A DNA stretch of 29,119 nucleotides from Macrostomum lignano (lineage: Eukaryota): the NCBI GenBank assembly GCA_002269645.1, contig NIVC01000383.1, positions 1 to 29,119 of the forward strand, written 5' to 3'. Position numbers and translations under genes: made by a program. The notes beneath the pieces were generated by a model. It was not told the DNA's origin, did no database searches, and saw only the letters and a list, made by a program, of their open reading frames with translations. Of this stretch, positions 26,151-29,119 are shown piece by piece. Position 1 is the stretch's first letter. The number at the start of each line of letters is the position of its first letter.

Positions 26151-27659
26151 AACTTACCTAATTAGGCTTTCCACAAAGAGGGATTCTCCACGACTTTTTT
26201 ATTTTATTTTGGTATTTCCTAAACTGCGATACCATCCTGTGGTTCAACAGTAATTTCTTTCACATGGAATTCTTAGAAACTGGGTTTTCTCCAGATGGGA
26301 TTCTCTTCAACAGTTTTAGAATTCTACTATGCCAGGCAATAATCTCAATTTCTAGTTTGAATATTATTTTATTTGGATTAGAAGTTTCCTCATTAGCCAC
26401 TTGGCTCGCTGCATATTTGTCACGCGCTTCTGGTTGAGCAGTTCAGCTCTCTCGAGACAGGAATCAATTGGTTTAAATCGTTACCGACTGCCACCGCAGG
26501 ACCCAGTTTATGCTTCCTAGCTGCGGAGTTTGTATAATCATTTTGTTTTTTCTGCTTTTATTACTTAATGCCCGGAAGTACCTGTCTTTAGTTATCGTTT
26601 CTCGTTAACTTCAAACTTTCAAATTTCTAGTGAATTTTTCGAATTAATCAGTACATTTCGCACTTTTTAATAGGATGCCGAACTGTGTTGGGATTAAATA
26701 GAAGCAGTTGCTAAATTTGAGCAATCAAGTCTCATTTATGTTGCAAAATTCCACCTAAATTTATTTGTTTTTTCGCAGAATTTACAAAGCATACTACTTG
26801 TTAATATTTTCATGCGTGCTTGTTTAATATGCTTGCCAATTTATTGCAGATAGATAGATAAGTCTGTTTCTAGCAATGAATAATATCCGTACTTTTTATA
26901 ATGGTTATAAGGACTGCTAGATTAGCAATCCATGGTTACTTTTAGTCTACGGGTAAGTTTTCATTATAGCTGGTGCTTGATCAGAATTTAATATTGTGGA
27001 TGAATTCTATGAAGATAGTTGCTATATTCTGTACTTACTACTCAATAATTATGTTCCAATATAGTAGGTGGACAAGCTGAAAGCTAAATTTATTTTTAAC
27101 TAATTTTAATGCTTAACTATGAAACGTGCACAAATATTTAAATAAGAATTACATGTAAAACAAAGACCTCGTCTTTTGAACAAAGGAATTTTATGTACAG
27201 GTTTTGAATCCGCACATTTTTAGCCTAATCACGTACTTTTGTTAGTAATATAATTTTGTACTTTTATTTTTTCTCTAGATTTCAATTGTTAAAATAGTAA
27301 TATTATATAAAATGCTTAATAGTACAGAATATTCGCCTATCAACATGTTATAAAGCTAAATTTTTTATGCGCATATTTATTATGTCTATATTTTACACAT
27401 GATGGATTGTCATTGAAAATATACAATCCTCCACATTCACTGATTCAGAGGAGCGCTTCTCTTGCGTTTCCAATTCGCCTCTTTTGCTGTTGGTTTTTGC
27501 TCTAGAATTGAAAGCTTTTTTTGTTAAAAATTTTGTCCAGATTACTGAATTGAAGATCGATTTTTCATTTCTTTTTCGATATTGAAATTGATATCGAAAT
27601 ATGGGAGGCTTGTGCTCCAGAATCGGCATTGGAGCTTGTCGTGAGATGCACCACCCATG

Positions 27660-27940
27660 CGAGCCAATCCGCAAAGCGCAGAGAGTACATCTCTGACGAT
27701 TAGAAAGTCAGGGGCGCTGTACATGTACACCCTGTGTGAGCGGGTGCCTGCACGTGCGACGTATTCGTGTGCATCTGCGGGTTTTTTAAGTGTCAGTGGA
27801 TTGGGCCCATGCTTGGGCGCAACCTAGGGATTCACCTATTGGACGGAATAGTAGTCACGTGACTGCTCTTGGCCAATAACGACTTACACGTGTGTTGCCA
27901 ATAGAAACGGCCGAGTGATGGTTGCGCATGTATGATTGGG
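27660..27940. promoter_or_regulatory. CpG-rich cluster of CCAAT boxes and CACGTG E-boxes (promoter-like)
   Basis: CCAAT/ATTGG at 27664, 27800, 27838, 27873, 27898 and 27935. CACGTG at 27761, 27856 (inside the palindrome AGTCACGTGACT) and 27887. The upstream flank is AT-rich. Confidence 0.5.
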
Positions 27941-27957
27941 CCCCTGTTGTTTCTTGA

Positions 27958-28690
27958 AATGGCCGGTCTGGTGTTTCCTGGAATGGTCGGTCTGGTGTTC
28001 CTAGAATGGTCGGTTTGGTGTTTCTGGAATGGCCGGTCTGGTGTTTCTTGGAATGGCCGGTCTGGTGCTTCCTGGCCTGGCCGTTCTGGTGTTTCCGGGA
28101 ATGGCCTGGCCGTTCTGGTGTTTCCTGGAATGGCCGGTCTGGTGTTTCCTGGAATGATCGGTCTGGTGTTTCCTAGAATGGTCGGTTTGGTGTTTCCTGG
28201 AATGGCCGGTTTGGTGTTTCCTGGAATGGCCCGTCTGGTGTTTCCTGGAATGGTCGGTCTGGTGTTTCCTAGAATGGCCGGTTTGATGTTTCCTGGAATG
28301 GCCGGTTTGGTGTTTCCTGGAATGGCCGGTCTGGTGCTTCCTGGAATGGCCGGTCTGGTGTTTCCTGGAATGGCCGGTTTGATGTTTCCTGGAATGGCCG
28401 GTTTGATGTTTCCTGAATGGCCGGTTTGGTGTTTCCTGGAATGGCCGGTCTGGTGCTTCCTGGAATGGCCGGTCTGGTGCTTCCTGGAATGGCCGGTCTG
28501 GTGTTTCCTGGAATGGCCGGTTTGGTGTTTCCTGGAATGGCCGGTTTGGTGTTTCCTGGAATGGCCGGTTTGGTGTTTCCTGGAATGGCCTGTCTGGTGT
28601 TTCCTGGAATGGCCGGTTTCGTGTTTCCTGGAATGGCCAGGGCGGTGCTTCCTGAATGGCAGGTCTAGTGTGTTTCTTGAATACTAATCT
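27958..28690. repeat. 24-bp minisatellite TGGCCGGTCTGGTGTTTCCTGGAA
   Basis: About 30 units with an 8-aa periodicity (MAGLVFPG) in the ORF track. Confidence 0.96.
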
Positions 28691-29119
28691 GATGTTTCCT
28701 GTAATGCTGGTTTGATGTTTGCACTTTCAGTATTTGAAAAGAGGAGACTCGTTGTTAAGAATGGTTTAACTAATGTCTCAGCTATTGCCTTGTCTGAACT
28801 GACCCTTAATTGTCTGCGGAAGCGCCGTCGCTAAGGTCAAGCGATTGTAAACTCAAGGTTGCAATCATAGCAATATCTGTCATATTCTTTGATATACAGA
28901 AGTTAATAAAATTGATTGGTTCTTTTGTTGCTCAAATAAAAAATGCAATAATTTTTTTAAATTGCATTTATTGACGCCTTAGAAACATTAATTTTTTGCG
29001 CGTAGATAAACAAAAAATGATTACTTGGTTGCTATGGATACGTATTGGAATCGATTTCATTATATATTGCATCAATAATATCGTCCGCTTGAAATTGAAA
29101 TGGTTTTTTTGTCTCACAT

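Noticed and set aside
27932-28687. MAGLVFPG-repeat ORF of 251 aa
   Set aside because: It is a translation of the 24-bp array with frame-switching units.

Overview
Eukaryotic (animal) genomic DNA, rich in repeats, with GC-rich exons and AT-rich spacers. The style suggests an invertebrate such as a free-living flatworm, but this is inference only. Three host genes are recognisable. (1) The 5' end of a PPEF/rdgC phosphatase on the - strand, running off the left edge and broken by at least 4 frameshifts. (2) An intact 127-aa PLAC8/cornifelin-family gene whose single coding intron is GC-AG. (3) A 6-exon group II PAK (PAK4/mbt-like) kinase with one unresolved frame junction. Mobile DNA comprises three copies of a tRNA-derived CORE-SINE, a deletion-riddled Ty3/Gypsy RT relic, a shrunken Ngaro/DIRS-type tyrosine-recombinase retroelement, a 1972-bp TIR element with an exact 8-bp TSD, a hAT-like end, and a 212-bp MITE with an 8-bp TSD. 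About ten unrelated minisatellite arrays (units of 14-45 bp) cover roughly a fifth of the window and explain most long ORFs in the track. Several array units contain exact transcription-factor consensus sites (kB, GAS/STAT, AGGTCA), and the GAS array abuts a CCAAT/E-box cluster. I found no CRISPR array or prokaryotic system, and I cannot demonstrate a new biological system from sequence alone. All counts were done by hand.
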